The notes beneath the pieces are model-generated. The model was not told the origin of the DNA and made no database searches. It saw nothing but the letters and a program-made list of their open reading frames with translations. From positions 1 to 57,407 of the forward strand of contig JAIVZN010000002.1 of assembly GCA_048634875.1 (NCBI GenBank): a stretch of DNA of 57,407 nucleotides, in the 5' to 3' direction. This document shows, piece after piece, positions 27,596-36,226 of the stretch (position 1 is its first letter; every line of letters starts with the position of its first letter). This DNA is from Deltaproteobacteria bacterium (lineage in GTDB: Bacteria; CG03; SLGR01; JBDRKX01). Made by a program: the position numbers and the translations under genes.

Positions 27596-29670
27596 GTGCG
27601 TAAATTTCTCAGGTATTCTTCAGACACAAGTACTTCTCTGCCTTTAACACCTCCATCATTGCTTATAATACCGTTAGCTTCCATCTTATCAATGATTCGG
27701 GCTGCGCGGTTATAACCAATACTTAGACGACGCTGTAAAAGCGATGTAGATGCCTTTTTTAATCTTATAACCGTCTCTACTGCTCTCGGGTATATTTCAT
27801 CTTTATAATCAATCTCCGCCTCATTTTTTTTAAATTTATCCTGCAGTTTAAGTCCGGGCACATATCCATAATTTAAATTCTTTAAATACTCAACAACTGC
27901 TTCTACTTCCTTTCTTGAAATGAAACATCCCTGTAATCTTTCAGCTAAAGGAAGTTCAGTTGCAAGATACAGCATATCGCCTTTGCCAAGTAGTTTTTCT
28001 GCGCCATTTGAATCTAATATTGTCCTGGAATCTACTCCGCTTAACACATTAAAAGCAATTCTTGCAGGAAGATTTGCCTTTATAATACCGGTTATTATAT
28101 CTACTGACGGTCTCTGAGTAGCAAGTACAAGGTGTATCCCTACAGCTCTTGCCATCTGCGCAATTCTGACTATTGCAATTTCAACTTTATCTTTAGCTAC
28201 AACCATCAGGTCAGCAAGTTCATCAATAACTACTACAATACGGGGAAGTTTTTTATTACTTTCCACTATTTTATTATATGCATCTATATTTGCTACATTG
28301 TTTTTTGAAAGAATGTCATACCTTTCATCCATTTCAAGTGTAACAGCCTGAAGCATCTTAACCGCCTTATTGCTGTTCGTAATAACTTCTGAATCTAAAT
28401 GAGGTATGCCATTATATACAGGCAGTTCAACTCTTTTTGGATCTATAAACAGAAACCTGACATCTTCGGGTGAGGATTTAAAAAGTATACTGTTAATAAG
28501 TGCGTGTATTGCTATGCTTTTTCCCGACCCGGTTGCGCCGGCAAGTAAAAGATGAGGCATATCGGAAAGATCTACTATTTTAAAATCACCATCCACAGAC
28601 TTCCCGAGGCAGTAAGGTAAATTTGCAGTATTAGATTTAAATTTACCTGATTCAATTAAAGTCTTTATATATACTGTTTCCTGTTGTATTGCAGGAACTT
28701 CAACGCCGACAGCAGCTTTGCCGGGTATGGGAGTAAGAAGCCGGACTGTTTTTGCCTCAAGCGCCATTGCGATATTTGAATCTAAATTTCTGATACGCGA
28801 TAGTTTTATATCCGGGGGGAGCGTAACCTCGTAACGGGTGGTTGCAGGCCCTATCAACACTCCTGATATACGAGCCGAAATACCAAAGTTTGCCAGAACT
28901 TCTATTAATTTTTCACCTCTTTTATTTTCTTCGTCTTTCTTTAACTTTATCCGCGGTTGAACATTTAAGAGGTCTAACGGTATTGCATAATCAACCTTTT
29001 CGGGAATTGTGGCAGGCCGATTATCGGACGCTCGGGCTTTGTTTAAATCAGCCGAGCAAGCTCGGCCACTGTCGGGGCCTGATTTATCAAGCCCTCGTGC
29101 CGGATAATCTTTTATATGTTTTTTTTTGACTTTCTTTTCTACTTTAGTTACAACCCGGGGCTTTTTTATTTTAGATTTCTTCGGTAATTTTATTAAAAAC
29201 AAAACAACTTTTTTAATGGAAACATCTGCCATAAGAATTAATGCTATCAATACAAGCGCAGTAGAAATAATGTATGCCCCAACTTTCCCAAAAGTAATCT
29301 GTATGATAACATCACTGGAAAAATCGCCTAATATTCCACCACTGCCTTCTGAAATTATGTGTAAAAGGATACTCCCGCCAAGAATAATCATTACCAATCC
29401 GGCGCACATTGAGTACTTAAACGGAAACTTTTTGTGGCGGATTTCTGTAATAGCCCACCAGATAAGAACAACTGGTACTATATAACATATATACCCGAGG
29501 AACTCTTTAAGGCTTCCGGAAAGCACTGCTCCTACAGCTCCCACATATTTTTTATCAGGTGTCAATATGAAGGCAAATATCAAAATTATAGAGAACGCCA
29601 GTAAAATGATTCCAGTAATATCCTTTTTTTTTGTAGAATCTTTTATATTTTTCTTACTTTCAACTTTCAA
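27592..29670 (-). CDS. ftsK: DNA translocase FtsK
   Basis: It has N-terminal TM helices, a low-complexity linker, the motor domain (Walker A GATGSGKS; VVVIDELADLM) and a C-terminal gamma wHTH (LLQRRLSIGYNRAARIID). The only available start is a TTG inside a heptamer repeat. Confidence 0.95.
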   Translation of the reverse strand: MKVESKKNIKDSTKKKDITGIILLAFSIILIFAFILTPDKKYVGAVGAVLSGSLKEFLGYICYIVPVVLIWWAITEIRHKKFPFKYSMCAGLVMIILGGSILLHIISEGSGGILGDFSSDVIIQITFGKVGAYIISTALVLIALILMADVSIKKVVLFLIKLPKKSKIKKPRVVTKVEKKVKKKHIKDYPARGLDKSGPDSGRACSADLNKARASDNRPATIPEKVDYAIPLDLLNVQPRIKLKKDEENKRGEKLIEVLANFGISARISGVLIGPATTRYEVTLPPDIKLSRIRNLDSNIAMALEAKTVRLLTPIPGKAAVGVEVPAIQQETVYIKTLIESGKFKSNTANLPYCLGKSVDGDFKIVDLSDMPHLLLAGATGSGKSIAIHALINSILFKSSPEDVRFLFIDPKRVELPVYNGIPHLDSEVITNSNKAVKMLQAVTLEMDERYDILSKNNVANIDAYNKIVESNKKLPRIVVVIDELADLMVVAKDKVEIAIVRIAQMARAVGIHLVLATQRPSVDIITGIIKANLPARIAFNVLSGVDSRTILDSNGAEKLLGKGDMLYLATELPLAERLQGCFISRKEVEAVVEYLKNLNYGYVPGLKLQDKFKKNEAEIDYKDEIYPRAVETVIRLKKASTSLLQRRLSIGYNRAARIIDKMEANGIISNDGGVKGREVLVSEEYLRNLRT
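29021..29104. repeat. Cluster of short GC-rich palindromes embedded in the ftsK linker
   Basis: The palindromes are CCGATTATCGG (within 29021-29047), GCCGAGCAAGCTCGGC (29061-76) and GGGCCTGATTTATCAAGCCC (29085-29104). The last two recur in the glyA/upp spacer (49536-51 and 49863-82). Confidence 0.7.
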
Positions 29671-29683
29671 CTTTCAACTTTTT
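29656..29683. repeat. Heptanucleotide tandem repeat (ACTTTCA x3 plus a partial unit) at the ORF71/ftsK junction
   Basis: The sequence is actttca actttca actttca acttttt. It contains both the ORF71 stop (29660-62) and the ftsK TTG start (29668-70). Confidence 0.85.
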
Positions 29684-29875
29684 TACTATTATCTTCCAAC
29701 TGTCTTTTTCTAATTCCACCAGTCCCTCTTTCATAAGTCCTCCAATGGCAAGCAGAAGTTCCGTTCCTTTACATTCAAGGTGGAGTTTTAAATCTACCAG
29801 TTCAACTCTTTCATTTATCTCGAGGAAATCCTTAACTCTGTCTCTCAACTTACTAACATGAGAATTAATGGACAT
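29660..29875 (-). CDS. Hypothetical 71-aa protein (possible wHTH); it may be a detached N-terminal segment of FtsK
   Basis: The ORF ends ...VKKLKVES*, while FtsK begins MKVESKK. The two frames differ by one 7-nt repeat unit. Confidence 0.4.
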   Translation of the reverse strand: MSINSHVSKLRDRVKDFLEINERVELVDLKLHLECKGTELLLAIGGLMKEGLVELEKDSWKIIVKKLKVES

Positions 29876-30321
29876 TATAGGTTTTCTATTTTATAAATAG
29901 GCTGGTTTACTTTTACGGGAGAACCATTTTCAATAAGAATTTCCAATATTCTGCAATGCCGTTCAACCTGAACTTCATTCATAAGTTTCATTGCTTCAAT
30001 TATACATACTGTAGTTCCTATCATTATCTCATCATTTTCTTTTACAAAAGGCTCAGCATTAGGGGAAGGTGACCTGTAAAATACTCCATTCATTGGAGAT
30101 CTAATGTACTGGGCTGTATCTTCTTCTTTTTTCTCTTCTTCAGCAACTTTGGATTCAACTGAAGTGAAAACCGGAGAAGTATCATCCCGCCTGCGAAGTA
30201 TTATTTTGAAATCATCTATCTCTTCCCAGATAATTTCCTGAAGGTTCTCTTCAAGCATTATCTCATACACCTTTTTGGCAAACTTTTTAATTTGTATATT
30301 TGAAGACTTCTTCTTATTCAC
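29875..30321 (-). CDS. accB: Biotin carboxyl carrier protein of acetyl-CoA carboxylase
   Basis: It carries the biotinyl-lysine motif CIIEAMKLMNEV. The start is GTG. Confidence 0.85.
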   Translation of the reverse strand: MNKKKSSNIQIKKFAKKVYEIMLEENLQEIIWEEIDDFKIILRRRDDTSPVFTSVESKVAEEEKKEEDTAQYIRSPMNGVFYRSPSPNAEPFVKENDEIMIGTTVCIIEAMKLMNEVQVERHCRILEILIENGSPVKVNQPIYKIENL

Positions 30322-30341
30322 CCGTAAATAAACTCCTTAAT

Positions 30342-30448
30342 ATGAGTCCTAAATGATGCATTTTTTGCGAGCTTTAAGACTTTTTAAGTGAAACTATGCC
30401 GTAAAAAAACTAAAACTTGTTTGAGCGTTAGCGAGTTTTTTAGTTTCA
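30342..30448 (-). repeat. Long-hairpin element X, copy 3 (one arm truncated)
   Basis: The sequence is gagtcctaaatgatgcattttttgcgagctttaagactttttaagtgaaactatgccgtaaaaaaactaaaacttgtttgagcgttagcgagttttttagtttca. The partner arm is cut off at the pnp stop codon. Confidence 0.75.
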
Positions 30449-30452
30449 TCTC

Positions 30453-32531
30453 CTAATCTCCCTCTAACGCTTTAGACCTGCTCAACTTTATTTTCCCCCT
30501 GTCATCTATTCCCAAACATTTTACTTTAACTTTGTCTCCAACATTTAAAATGTCAGTTACCTTATTTACTCTATAATCAGCCAGTTCAGATATATGCACA
30601 AGCCCTTCCTTACCGGGAAGTATTTCTACAAAAGCGCCAAAATCTAAGACATTTTTAACCGTTCCTTCATATACTTTTCCGGCTTCTGCATCAGTTGTGC
30701 ATAATGTTACCATTTCTACAGCTTTATCTAAATTCTCCTTTGAACAGGCACTTATAGACACTACCCCTGTATCATCTACTTCTATTACAGCGTCTGTAGT
30801 TTCCTGTATGGATTTAATGTTTTTACCACCAGGACCTATCAATAAACCTATTTTTTTAGGATCTATTGTTATGTTTACCATCTGGGGAGCATATTGCGAT
30901 AAACTTTCCCTGGGTTCTGATATCACTTTTTCAATTTCTCTGAGAGTTCCAAGCCCGGCATTTTTTGCCTGATGGAGTGCTCTTGTCAGTACCTCTTTAC
31001 TTATACCACTGACTTTTATATCCATCTGAATAGCAGTTATACCATTTTTAGTACCCGCAACTTTAAAATCCATATCACCTGCATAGTCCTCATCACCCAA
31101 CATATCAGTTAATACTACATCTCCAATTATACCCATTCCAACACCTACGACAATATCTTTCATAGGCACTCCTGCATCCATCAGTGCAATAGAACCTGCG
31201 CAAATTGTCGCCATTGATGATGAGCCGTTTGATTCTAAAATATCCGATACTAATCTTATGGTATATGGAAATTTTTCCTTATCAGGAAGAAATGGAGCAA
31301 TAGCTTTTTCTGCAAGTAAACCATGCCCTATTTCTCTTCTACCAACACCTCTTTCAGGTTTTACCTCTCCAACTGAATACGGCGGAAAATTATAATGGAG
31401 CATAAAATTTTTCTTGTATTCACCTGAGAGCGCATCCATTATCTGCTGGTCCCTGTTATTACCAAGAGTAACAACACAAAGGGATTGTGTTTCTCCCTTT
31501 GTAAACAGGCCCGAGCCATGAGTTCGCGGAAGAAGCCCGTTAGAACAGCTTATTTGCCTTAATTCATCAGGCTTTCTCCCATCAACTCTTATTCCTTCTT
31601 CTATCACTAACTTCCTCAACAACTCTTTCTCTAATTTATTTATAATCAGATTTATCTGTGCGGTTTTTTCTTCATCCTCTTCAACTTCAATAAAATTACC
31701 TAAAACCTCTTCTTTTATATTACCTAACTTTTTTGAGCGTTCAGCTTTTGATAATGCGCCTTTAAAGACCTCGTACATCTTTGAAGCAGCAAAATCAGCT
31801 ATCTTGTTCTTTAATTCGTCGTCAACTTCAGGCGGAGTAAAAGTAATTTTCTCTTTGCCTGCCTTCTTGACAATATTTTGCTGAAACTTCACAATTTTTT
31901 CAATTACAGCTTTTGCTATATCTAATGCCCCTAAAATAGTATCTTCAGAAACTTCAGATGATTTACCCTCTAACATAACTATTCCGGATTCTTTACCTGC
32001 AATAACTAAATCAATTTCACTCTTTTCTAACTCCTGAAAAGTCGGATTAATGATAAACTTGTCTTCAATTTTGCCAATTCTAACTGCGCCAACAGGGCCA
32101 TCAAATGGAACTGAAGATAAACTAACTGCGCAGCTTCCGCCAATCATTGCAGGTATGTCAGTATCATTTTCACCATCTATGGATAAAACAGTTACCATTA
32201 CCTGCACCTCGTCCTGATAACCTTCAGGAAAAAGAGGACGAATTGGACGGTCTATTAACCTTGATGTTATTATTTCTTTTTCCTGGGGCCTGCCCTCTCT
32301 CTTAAAAAATCCTCCGGGTATCTTCCCTGCCGCATAAGTTCTTTCCCTGTAATCAACCATAAGAGGGAAAAACCCGGCATTTCTTTTTGATTCAGATGCG
32401 CAGCATGTAGCAAGCACAACAGTCCCCCCATAAGTTACTTTCACTGCTCCAGCAGCCTGACGCGCAAGTTCGCCTGTCTCAATTATTAATTCTCTGCCAT
32501 TTACTTCTATTTTTTCAACAATTTTTTCCAT
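30453..32531 (-). CDS. pnp: Polyribonucleotide nucleotidyltransferase (PNPase)
   Basis: The architecture is two RNase PH domains plus KH plus S1, with canonical PNPase blocks throughout. Confidence 0.97.
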   Translation of the reverse strand: MEKIVEKIEVNGRELIIETGELARQAAGAVKVTYGGTVVLATCCASESKRNAGFFPLMVDYRERTYAAGKIPGGFFKREGRPQEKEIITSRLIDRPIRPLFPEGYQDEVQVMVTVLSIDGENDTDIPAMIGGSCAVSLSSVPFDGPVGAVRIGKIEDKFIINPTFQELEKSEIDLVIAGKESGIVMLEGKSSEVSEDTILGALDIAKAVIEKIVKFQQNIVKKAGKEKITFTPPEVDDELKNKIADFAASKMYEVFKGALSKAERSKKLGNIKEEVLGNFIEVEEDEEKTAQINLIINKLEKELLRKLVIEEGIRVDGRKPDELRQISCSNGLLPRTHGSGLFTKGETQSLCVVTLGNNRDQQIMDALSGEYKKNFMLHYNFPPYSVGEVKPERGVGRREIGHGLLAEKAIAPFLPDKEKFPYTIRLVSDILESNGSSSMATICAGSIALMDAGVPMKDIVVGVGMGIIGDVVLTDMLGDEDYAGDMDFKVAGTKNGITAIQMDIKVSGISKEVLTRALHQAKNAGLGTLREIEKVISEPRESLSQYAPQMVNITIDPKKIGLLIGPGGKNIKSIQETTDAVIEVDDTGVVSISACSKENLDKAVEMVTLCTTDAEAGKVYEGTVKNVLDFGAFVEILPGKEGLVHISELADYRVNKVTDILNVGDKVKVKCLGIDDRGKIKLSRSKALEGD

Positions 32532-32552
32532 AATATATCCTTTATGTTTGTC

Positions 32553-32822
32553 CTACTTTCTCAAATTTAATTTTTTAATAACTTCATTATACTTTTCTTC
32601 GTTTTTCTTTTTAATGTATCTAAGTAATTTCCTCCTGCGTGATACTAATTTTAACAAACCATAACGAGAGTGAAAATCCTTTTTATAGGTATTCATATGC
32701 GTGGTAAGACTTTTTATCCTTTCTGTAAGAACGGCAATCTGTACCTCCGGCGAACCGGTATCCTTATCATCTCTCTGATAATCCTTTATAACCTCTGTTT
32801 TTTTTTCTTTTGTTATAGACAA
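32553..32822 (-). CDS. rpsO: 30S ribosomal protein S15
   Basis: The 89-aa protein contains [16 protein letters not shown]...KKD.HSRRGLL, and the classical rpsO-pnp pairing is present. Confidence 0.95.
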   Translation of the reverse strand: MSITKEKKTEVIKDYQRDDKDTGSPEVQIAVLTERIKSLTTHMNTYKKDFHSRYGLLKLVSRRRKLLRYIKKKNEEKYNEVIKKLNLRK

Positions 32823-32868
32823 TTTTTCCTCCTTTTTTATTTTTTAATTTAGTTTTTTTCTTAACATG

Positions 32869-33047
32869 AGTCCTGGAAATGTATTTTGAGTGACTTCAGT
32901 ACTTTTAGCAAATGATATGGCATAGAAAAAACTCAAACTGTCTGAGGCTGACTTATAGAGGCAGCCGAGTTTTTGAGTTTCAGGCATATCATTGCGTGCC
33001 GTAAGGCAAAAGTACTGCGGAACGAACAAATTCATTTTCTGGACTCT
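32869..33047 (-). repeat. Long-hairpin element X, copy 4 (divergent variant)
   Basis: The sequence is gagtcctggaaatg...agtacttttagcaaatgatatggcatagaaaaaactcaaac...ggctg-acttatagag-gcagcc...gtttttgagttt...ggcatatcattgc...aaaagtact...cattttctggactc. The helix order matches copies 1/2, with both strands of several helices changed. Confidence 0.7.
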
Positions 33048-34320
33048 ATGCGGCATAGGTTCTATTCCTGCCTTCCTGTTTTGCTTTGTACAGAGCATCA
33101 TCAGCTTTTTTAATTATATCTTGAGAGTAGACCCCGTCATCAGGATATGCAGAAATCCCTGCACTTACATGAACTCCGATATTACCTCCAATCTTTCTTT
33201 CAATTAAATCCACCCTTATTCTTTCACCAACAACCATGGCATCCTTTTTTGCGGTTTCAGGCAACAGTATTACAAATTCGTCGCCGCCATACCTTGCAAC
33301 AGCATCTGATTCCCTGACAGTTTTCTTTAAATGAAGTGACACTTTTACCAAAAGTTCATCACCTATAAGGTGCCCGTAAGTATCATTTATATCCTTAAAA
33401 TTATCAACATCAATCATTATAAGAGAGAAATTAAGATCATATCTCTGCGCCCTGCTTAATTCTATCTGCATGCGTTCCTGGAAATATCTATGATTGTAAA
33501 GACCTGTAAGGCCATCTGTAACTGAAAGAAGCTGTGTCTTTTTATAAAGAAGCGTATTTTCTATTGCAACAGCCGAGTGGTTGGCAAAAGTAGCAAGAAG
33601 TCTTCTTGAACTATTTGAAAACTCTTTAGCAGGTTTATTTTTTGTGACTATTATTGCACCGGCTATATTATCTCTTGATCTGAGCGGCGCACACAATGTA
33701 CTTCTTACTGTTTCAGACATACTTTCCAGTGATATGATTTCATCTTTTTCAGACCATCCGGGCAGCTTTTCAGACGCTTTATCAAGCAGGATACCTTCAA
33801 TATCATCCTGAATTCCCCAGTTAGATTTTATCTCCCACTCATGTGTCGTTTCATCAAATAGTATTATAATCCCCCCTTCTGCTGATACGCTCTTAACACA
33901 TGAAGATAATATTAAAACCATAAGTTCATCAAGCCCTATATTTGAAGTAATTCTCTGCGAAACCCGGTGAAGTTCAACCTGTATCTGTCTTTCCATAAGG
34001 ATACTGCTTAAAAGCTGTGAAGTAAAATCACCCATAATTTCAATTTTTTTGCCTTTTACTTTTCTCATAAGAGTTTTTTGAAGCTTATAATCATCCGTAA
34101 GGTTTAGAACTGCATCAGGCAGCTCGGTATCTGCTATATACTTTACCCAATCTGAATCTGTCTTTATCCCAAGTCTCTGGGCAAGTTTAATTCCTGAAGC
34201 ATTGGAATTTTTATCAATAACTGCTATGATATCATAAGCATCATCCTCATAAAGGATTTCAATTGTCGCAAGACCTCTTCTTCCGCCGCCAATAATTAAA
34301 ATCTGTTTATTCTTATTCAT
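33046..34320 (-). CDS. GAF-domain diguanylate cyclase (GGDEF) with an N-terminal Rossmann-like domain
   Basis: The N-terminus is ILIIGGGRRG, a GAF-like region occupies the middle, and the C-terminus is LTGLYNHRYF...DVDNFKDINDTYGH..GD..L...RYGGDEFVILL. Confidence 0.85.
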   Translation of the reverse strand: MNKNKQILIIGGGRRGLATIEILYEDDAYDIIAVIDKNSNASGIKLAQRLGIKTDSDWVKYIADTELPDAVLNLTDDYKLQKTLMRKVKGKKIEIMGDFTSQLLSSILMERQIQVELHRVSQRITSNIGLDELMVLILSSCVKSVSAEGGIIILFDETTHEWEIKSNWGIQDDIEGILLDKASEKLPGWSEKDEIISLESMSETVRSTLCAPLRSRDNIAGAIIVTKNKPAKEFSNSSRRLLATFANHSAVAIENTLLYKKTQLLSVTDGLTGLYNHRYFQERMQIELSRAQRYDLNFSLIMIDVDNFKDINDTYGHLIGDELLVKVSLHLKKTVRESDAVARYGGDEFVILLPETAKKDAMVVGERIRVDLIERKIGGNIGVHVSAGISAYPDDGVYSQDIIKKADDALYKAKQEGRNRTYAA

Positions 34321-34329
34321 TATTTTAAA

Positions 34330-34368
34330 TTAGGTAATGGGTATTAGGTTCCCATTCCCCATTATTAG
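34330..34368. repeat. Heptad-built hairpin (TAATGGG type)
   Basis: The sequence is ttaggtaatgggtattagg|ttcccattccccattattag, located in the GGDEF/ribF spacer. Confidence 0.55.
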
Positions 34369-34391
34369 TTTACTTGTATGAAAGTATGATG

Positions 34392-35291
34392 TCAACTCTG
34401 TCTAATCTCATTTATATCCTGTTGTATTCTTTCATTTAATTCTTTAAGGTTCTTAAATTTTTCAGGTTCTCTTATTTTTCTTATTAATTTTGCTCCATAT
34501 ATATCTTTTTCCATTCCCTGTTTGTAATTAAATAAATGAATTTCTATTTGAAACGGTTTGCTCTGAAGTTTGCTATTCGAAACATGACCGATAAAACAGG
34601 CGCCGCTGACTATATCTCTCTGATTTTTAAATAAAGCCGCTGAGCTAAATACACCTAATGGTAAAAGCTTTTCCATTGCAACTTTAAAATTTATTGTCGG
34701 GTATCCGATCTTCCTTCCTATACCTCTGCCTGAAGTAGTATGTCCGGTAAAAAAATAATTTCTACCTAAAAGCGTACTGGCAAGTTCAATTTTTCCAGCT
34801 ACAATTAACTCTCTAATATATGATGAGGATACTTTTTTCCCATCTAATTTTTTCAGGCCAGCTACCACCAATTCAAATTTTTTACTTACATATTTTCCTA
34901 ATGTTTTGATATCGCCGCATCTGTTCTTCCCAAACTTAAAATCTTCTCCTATAACTAAACAATGAGTATTTAGTTTCTTAAAAAGAAAACTCTCTACAAA
35001 TTCCTCTTGACCCCAGTCCTTCCAGTCTTTATCATTTTTTAGAATAATTGCCCGTTTAAAACCTGCTTTTTCAAACAGATGTAATTTTTCTTCATTTGTT
35101 GTTAAAAGTTCTCTCTTTTTAGTAACAGGTTCAAATGTAATCACTGTAGGTTCTAATTTGAATTTATTTGAAATATCTATTGTCTTACAGACAATCTTCT
35201 GATGACCTATATGAAACCCGTCAAAAACTCCTATTGTAACAGCCTGCTTCTTTTTAAGTTTTACATTTTTATAATTATCAATTACTTCCAA
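34392..35291 (-). CDS. ribF: Bifunctional riboflavin kinase / FMN adenylyltransferase
   Basis: The N-terminal segment is GVFDGFHIGHQ, and the C-terminal riboflavin kinase segment is GRGIGRKIGYPTINF...IEIHLF. Confidence 0.9.
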   Translation of the reverse strand: MEVIDNYKNVKLKKKQAVTIGVFDGFHIGHQKIVCKTIDISNKFKLEPTVITFEPVTKKRELLTTNEEKLHLFEKAGFKRAIILKNDKDWKDWGQEEFVESFLFKKLNTHCLVIGEDFKFGKNRCGDIKTLGKYVSKKFELVVAGLKKLDGKKVSSSYIRELIVAGKIELASTLLGRNYFFTGHTTSGRGIGRKIGYPTINFKVAMEKLLPLGVFSSAALFKNQRDIVSGACFIGHVSNSKLQSKPFQIEIHLFNYKQGMEKDIYGAKLIRKIREPEKFKNLKELNERIQQDINEIRQS

Positions 35292-36154
35292 TTAAATACT
35301 CTCCTCAATTTAAAACTTCCATTAACTTTTTCTGCTAATGCCAGCAGCTTAAAATCAGGTGAATATACTCCAAATGTATTTTCTTCTGTTTTTCCGGAAA
35401 CTTCAATAATATCATTTGCTGTAAAGCATATACCATATGGAATACCACAAGCAGATTTACTGTCAACAATAATATGTGGAAAATTCAACATTGCGTCATT
35501 TATATCTCTGAAACCCCTGTACCAGTCTTTTCCCTCCGGTTGAACCGCTTCCTCCAATCTAAAACCATTAACATCTGTTCTAACTAAATCTTTAAGGTAA
35601 CCTTCTGTTCCTAATTTACGCGCTATATCTACTGATAGAGTTCTTATATATGTACCTGATGAACAAGTTACAGCAAATTTAACTAAAGGCGAAGTATATT
35701 GCATAAGTCTTATATCAAAAATCCGCGTTTCCTGAATTCTTTTTGGCGGTATCTTACCATTCCTTTTAATACTGTAAAAAGTCTTTCCATGATATTTTTT
35801 AGCGGAATACTGCGGAACTTCGTGGATATAAGTACCTTTAAATTCTTTTAATGTTTCTTCAATTTCTTCTTTTTGAAATTCAACATCCTCGCATTTTTCA
35901 ATTTCACCACCGCTATCCAATGTAGTAGATTTCCATCCAAGTTCCACCACAGCTTCGTAAGTCTTGTTTCCCTTCATAAATAACTCAAATGCTTTGCACG
36001 CTTCACCAAGTAATATTATTAAAACACCTTTTGCTTCAAGATCAAGTGTTCCCGCATGACCTGCCCTGCGACTTCCTGAAATTTTTTTCAGGGTATCTGC
36101 CACTTTAAAGGAGGACCATCCCTTAGGCTTATTTACATTGACAATTCCGTCCAT
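35282..36154 (-). CDS. truB: tRNA pseudouridine(55) synthase
   Basis: It carries GIVNVNKPKGWSSF...AGHAGTLD (catalytic Asp) and GTYIRTL. It sits in the truB-ribF synteny. Confidence 0.9.
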   Translation of the reverse strand: MDGIVNVNKPKGWSSFKVADTLKKISGSRRAGHAGTLDLEAKGVLIILLGEACKAFELFMKGNKTYEAVVELGWKSTTLDSGGEIEKCEDVEFQKEEIEETLKEFKGTYIHEVPQYSAKKYHGKTFYSIKRNGKIPPKRIQETRIFDIRLMQYTSPLVKFAVTCSSGTYIRTLSVDIARKLGTEGYLKDLVRTDVNGFRLEEAVQPEGKDWYRGFRDINDAMLNFPHIIVDSKSACGIPYGICFTANDIIEVSGKTEENTFGVYSPDFKLLALAEKVNGSFKLRRVFNWK

Positions 36155-36164
36155 AATTTCATTT

Positions 36165-36226
36165 TAGATTTATTGATTGACAATTTGGTAATTGATTTCA
36201 ATCTACAATCGTCAATCTACAATCTA
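36165..36226. repeat. Heptad-built hairpin (CAATCTA type)
   Basis: The sequence is tagatttattgattgacaatttggtaattga|tttcaatctacaatcgtcaatctacaatcta. It overlaps the nrnA stop codon. Confidence 0.55.

Noticed and set aside
32820-33061. Apparent 1-nt disagreement between my reading of the printed sequence and the ORF track around 32820/32821 and 33060/33061
   Set aside because: The ORF-track translations (rpsO, the GGDEF C-terminus, 32670..32852) are mutually consistent. I attribute the discrepancy to my own character counting, so hand-derived coordinates in this interval may be off by 1 nt.
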